Source of the DNA: Stegostoma tigrinum
Taxonomy: Eukaryota
NCBI RefSeq assembly: GCF_030684315.1
Contig: NC_081361.1
Span: 41,461,045-41,525,044 of the forward strand
DNA length: 64,000 bases
Direction: 5' to 3'
The notes beneath the pieces were generated by a model. That model did no database searches. It was not told the DNA's origin and worked only from the letters and a program-made list of their open reading frames with translations. Every line of letters begins with the position of its first letter. The stretch's first letter is position 1. The position numbers were made by a program, and so were the translations under genes. Positions 60,099-64,000 of this stretch are shown here, one piece after another.

Positions 60099-60769
60099 GT
60101 ACGAATTTGTTCTACAGAACAATAAATTTTCACATTTCTAAAACAAAAATTGTTAGGAAACCTGAAGTCCAGTTTTGTATAGTGCCTTTTTTTAAAATTC
60201 AGTTTCACATAAAGACATTAATAATTGTAAATTAGGATTATTTCTAGTCTTAATTATTTTCTTTAAACCTCCATAAATCCAGCAGTTTTTCCAGTGACCG
60301 TGCTTGACAACAAAGGTGTTTTGTCAGATTTTGAACTGAGTTACAGTTCTAGCATTATATCACCTGAAATAAACTGGACAATCAACATAGTTCAGGAAGA
60401 AATTACAAAGTCTCATCGCATCTTGTGAGAAATGTCATGTTTATTTAAAATGTTGTCATTTGTTGAAATTTAATTTCACATGACTGCAGTTCTTCAAATG
60501 TGGTATTATTCATATTTTAAATGGGTAATTTCAGTTTAATGCACATTGTTTGTAATGTTATGTTCAAATAGAGAGAATACCTGACTCGGACCAGCAGACT
60601 CATATCAAAGGGAAAGCTAGCACTGTTTTTGTATGGAAGTTACTTGTTTTTTCAGATGTTGGAACTGCATGACATCATGTTTTATTTTCATTTTCATATT
60701 TTCAGAATTTACTTTTTTTTATTTTCACACTTGTGACTCATTTTGTAAAGAATGCGATATGTGTCAGCT

Positions 60770-61200
60770 GAAGTTCAGTTTGTAGCTCTCTGGCCTCTAG
60801 ATGATTATGATTTCAACTTCCATTCAGCAGTTTGAGGACAAAATTCAAAGCTGGTACTTCTCAGCACTCTTGAGGGATTGCTCCACTGTTGGAGGTATCA
60901 TCTTTTGGATTATCTGTTAAACTGGGCCTCGTTCTACTCTCTTAGGTGACGTAAAACATGTCATGGCATAGTTTTGAAGAGCAGAGAAATTAGCCCCAGC
61001 ATCCTGGCCAATATTTGTCTCTCAGTCAACACTACAGAAGCAGATTATGTAGTCATTATCATATTGATAGCTGTGTAACTTCACTGTTTGTAATTTGACT
61101 TCAATGTTTTTGGTATTTACAACTGTGACTACACTTCAAAATGTAGTTAATAGCTACAGAATGCTTTGTAATATCAAGCAGTCAGTAAAGGAACTGCAGC
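60770..61200 (+). mobile_element. DeuSINE-like element
   Basis: cctggccaatatt..tcaacactac..agcagattat..gtcattatc..gtgactacacttcaaa resembles the recalled Deu domain. Confidence 0.55.
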
Positions 61201-61301
61201 AATGTATTTTTCCTTCTAATCCAAAGTAGAATTTAGTGAACCTCACTTCAAAAATTTTAAATTTTGCTAATTTTAAATTTTGTTGTGCTGCTTTCCATCA
61301 G

Positions 61302-61403
61302 GCCTATTTCTTTGATCCTCCAGAACAGGTCAAAGCTACATTTGTAACCACAACCACCCCTGCCACCCTTAATGGAACTACCTTGGTATCCAGTAGAACA
61401 TAA
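61302..61403 (+). CDS. YIPF1: YIPF1 last coding exon (AYFFDPPEQVKATFVTTTTPATLNGTTLVSSRT*)
   Basis: AYFFD motif, Thr-rich tail with NGT sequon; TAA 61401-61403; total CDS 933 nt; donor gtgagt at 61412. Confidence 0.93.
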   Translation, partial: AYFFDPPEQVKATFVTTTTPATLNGTTLVSSRT

Positions 61404-62136
61404 TTTACCAGGTGAGTGTTTCCATACTCTCTGACCCTGGGAATGAGATATTAATACTGGGTAATTCACTGGCTAAAAAGCATAACTCAGACATCTCTGA
61501 TTGATTGCAATTGTTTTAACTTTAATCACATAGATTTCTGTCCTAATGCTGCTAATTTCTAATCTTAAAAAAAAACTTAATAAAATATGCTGCCTAATGA
61601 CTTAATGAGTAACTAAGGCAGGTACTGTGTTATTGATTCATGGACAACAGGAGAACCCAAGTCTGTGTTGGTTTAGTTGTTTCATTGAGGAAATTAGCCG
61701 ATGCTATTTAATTGGCTTCAATGTTTCTGGATTCGAGAAGTGGAAAAAACTTCAGAGAGAGTTTCTATCCATTAAATTTGCAGTATTGCCTAATGGAAAG
61801 TATGCATCAGTGAATGTCATAGAATGACAGAATTGGGCTTTGATTTGGTGCATCCTAAAGTGGAACAGCTGTTGATATTTGGTTCTATATGTAAATCTAC
61901 CTCAGCACTTTCAGGATGGTACAAAACCTGAAACTGAAATAGTTGACTCAACTTCATTAGCTTCATTCTGTACATGGACAACATGTTTACATTCTAAAAT
62001 TTACCAGCGTTTTCAGCTTTTTAAAAAAAATGTACTAACTTCTCAGAAGTTATTTTCTTTTTCATTAGGTTAAACTATTATGTTAGTGTTATGATCCCAG
62101 CTGATTGTTATTACTAAAAAAGTCAGATCCTAGACT

Positions 62137-62269
62137 TTTTTTCTGAAGAAGGGTCAAGGCCCGAAACGTCAGCTTTCCTGCTCCTCTGATGCTGCTTGGC
62201 CTACTGTGTTCATCCAGCTCTACACCTTGTTATCTCAAATTCTGCAGCAGCTGCAGTTCCTACTATCTG
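62137..62269 (+). mobile_element. Solo Penelope terminal repeat with intact hammerhead-like core
   Basis: CTGAAGA-A-GGG-TCAAGG-CCC-GAAAC-GTC at 62143-62170; 7-bp flanking duplication CTAGACT at 62130-62136 and 62270-62276. Confidence 0.8.
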
Positions 62270-62539
62270 CTAGACTGAAACCTGGATTGATTGTTCAGAT
62301 TTTGTTTTGGTTTTGTTTTAATGAGGTGGTCTGTCAATGGAATATATGCAACTCAATGTTGGAGATTTTGTTTTAACAATAAAACAAGTTTATTCATCAA
62401 AAGAAATTTTCAGTTAAACCATACTGTTTACTTACAACACCAATTAAAAGGTTTTTAAACACACAGTAAAAGTATAATCCCACTACAGTATATACACTTT
62501 TAAAGGCAGATTTTTTAGACTTTTTAAACTCTTTTAATG

Positions 62540-63340
62540 TTAAACTTATGGGATCGACTATTGCGTGAGGGGCTGAAATTCATTCTACAGTCCAAAATAC
62601 CGCATCATTAGCAGAAGCCCACTTGATCTCTAAACAAATAAAGAAAAATAAACAAATTATGGTAATTACTGTACTACATTATTTTCTAGTTCAACAGGCA
62701 GTTTTTCTGCAATCTTAGTTCTCTGCTGAAGTACTAAGTCATGCCTTCTCGTGAACCTTGTGTACCGTCCAGTACTTGCCTTAAAATCCAAAATTCCATC
62801 CTTGTTTGATTTGTTTCGTGCATGGATTCGGATGGCTTCTCGACTAACACATTTTCCATTTTGACAGTTGTCAAGTACCCACTCAGCAATTTTTTTTTTC
62901 CAATTGTGGCCACTTGCTAGGTTTACCTCTGGCGCACTTTTGCTTTGGCATTGTCTGAAGTTGAGTTGATACCTTTTCCAGTCTCTCACAAGTTGCTCTG
63001 AAATTCAAAATTCTCTTGCTGCTGCACAGTTATTTGCCTTCTCTGCAACTTCAATAACTTTTAGTTTAAACGCTGCTGTATATTTTTTGTTTTGTCTGGA
63101 GGGAATTTTTACACAAATGAAGAAGAAATTTCAAAACGCAATAGCATGAAAAAGATTCATTTCCTCATTGTAACACTGATGTGCGGGATAATATCTTGAC
63201 TCTCAAATGTTGATCTGTTATCTGTGAAGAACTAGGGTCAACTTTTATATGAGATATATGGAAAAATCCAAATTTTTTTGGCCAAAAACAGGGAGTCAGT
63301 TTTTACATGAGATTGACTTTTACTTGAGTATATATGTTAA
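62540..63340 (-). mobile_element. pogo/Tigger-type transposon remnant (N-terminal DNA-binding domains only)
   Basis: KKYTAAFKLKVIEVAEKANNCAAARE followed by a CENP-B/Tc5-like HTH (WVL...VSREAIR...FKASTG..TRF..RH). Confidence 0.75.
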
Positions 63341-64000
63341 TCCCAAAATAATCCCTTACAATGTCCAAAAATGTCCAGTAGACAAAAGGATCCTTTATAG
63401 CATACTCACAGCAAAGAAAAGAATATGATCCTCACACATCTATAGGTTTAAGGTAACTGTGACTTTAACTTCTGGACCAGAAACAATGATAGCTTCTTCT
63501 TGGAGCAATCTACACTTAAGCTTAAGCATATTCAGCTTCAGTTAATCTCTTCAGGTGTTTCTCACAACATTTCTGGTTTGGGACTACCAGTAAAGGTGAT
63601 CTAGATTTACTATATACACCGCTTCTCGTGTGCATTGTCTTATGCAACCTTTTTCCATAGAATTGCTCAAATCAATGTAAAACTTAAAAAAAACCAACCC
63701 CCACCCTCACCCCCACCCCCCCCCAATTATGGGTATTTCCCCCAAGCTTTAAAAAATCCTGAATCCAGAAATTTCCAACAGACCATAAAGCATAATGGTC
63801 TACCATGCAAGTCACAACATATCCCAAAGCAAATAAAAACCCATTAGTGCTGCCAAAGTAGCTGACAAACTGATGTAAAAGAAATTGCCGTGGCTATAAA
63901 AATACTTACAAGATAATTATTAATTTCAGAACCGAGAAAATCCTTATGTTCCTAACTCAAACTTAAATGACTTATATTTAAAATATTTGCAAATCACACA

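Overview
Vertebrate genomic DNA, most likely a cartilaginous fish (shark-like), inferred from the repeat content: many CR1 LINEs, a V-SINE/HE1-like SINE, DeuSINEs and Penelope elements. Four spliced genes occur in the same order and orientation as the human LRRC42-IFT25(HSPB11)-DIO1-YIPF1 cluster. LRRC42 (minus) has 5 coding exons here and its 3' end is outside the window. IFT25/HSPB11 (plus) is complete, 5 coding exons, 140 aa. DIO1 (minus) is complete, 4 coding exons, 253 aa, with an in-frame Sec TGA at 33855-33857 and a SECIS at 24957-25031. YIPF1 (plus) has a complete CDS of 8 coding exons, 310 aa. Notable non-genic signals: (1) Penelope-derived insertions carry a minimal hammerhead-ribozyme core, and several are fold-back palindromes with target-site duplications whose centres fall at the ribozyme motif; (2) one such element lies between the DIO1 stop codon and the SECIS, and only its DIO1-sense ribozyme copy has a core deletion; (3) a 71-bp CpG-rich minisatellite abuts the DIO1 start codon, and its units carry an NRF1-like site and an ATG plus splice donor that would splice in frame to DIO1. 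Gene identities come from recalled similarity to vertebrate orthologues, repeat boundaries are approximate, and no searches or folding were run.
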